A DNA stretch of 62,920 nucleotides, counting the filler, from Octopus bimaculoides (taxonomy: Eukaryota), in the NCBI RefSeq assembly GCF_001194135.2. It is 6 parts of 6 records of this genome, joined end to end, with 100 filler letters (N's around TTAATTAATTAA, not from the genome) between each part and the next. Parts side by side here need not be neighbours in the genome. Positions count along the whole stretch, not along the records: positions 60,619 to 62,920 come from NC_068991.1; 5 more parts are not named here. One strand, given 5' to 3'. Positions within the stretch are counted from its first letter, which is position 1, and every line of letters begins with the position of its first letter. Below, in pieces: positions 62,878-62,920 of the stretch. The notes under the pieces are model-generated. The model was not told the DNA's origin and did not search any database. It worked only from the letters and a program-made list of their open reading frames with translations. A program made the translations under genes and the position numbers.

Positions 62878-62920
62878 ATATGAATGAAATAATTAATATA
62901 AAGATATAAAGATATATATA

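Overview
Eukaryotic, AT-rich, microsatellite-dense genomic DNA from a gapped short-read scaffold. The repeat landscape and SINE types suggest a coleoid cephalopod, probably Octopus; this is inference, with no database search run. Two protein-coding genes are recognisable. (1) The first coding exon of a dachshund homolog on the minus strand (46293-47443), with the near-invariant DD1/Ski-Sno domain, a canonical GT donor, poly-Ala/His/Ser tracts and a gap inside the N-terminal poly-Ala region. (2) Two in-frame, splice-compatible plus-strand exons of a host cell factor (HCF-1/Hcf) homolog (57766-57995 and 60325-60474), the second matching the 'KKENQWFDVGVIKGT' start of the C-terminal fibronectin-3 module. 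One further well-formed orphan exon lies at 7760-7929 (minus). The rest is intron/intergenic sequence carrying three tRNA-derived SINE families (my labels A, B, C), three MITEs, a ~680-bp foldback palindrome, and decayed RTE, R4/Dong-like, piggyBac and possibly Penelope-like elements. Five identical 100-bp blocks (44 N + TTAATTAATTAA + 44 N) are artificial linkers, so adjacency of the dachshund, HCF and orphan-exon segments is unverified. Nearly all long ORFs in the supplied track are microsatellite or N-run artefacts. I cannot support a wholly new gene system here. The best leads are a SINE carrying an internal hypervariable microsatellite, an HCF 3' splice signal apparently built from an antisense retroelement tail, the antisense dachshund/HCF layout, the orphan exon and the foldback element. 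Element boundaries were read by eye and are approximate unless TSDs or splice sites are quoted.
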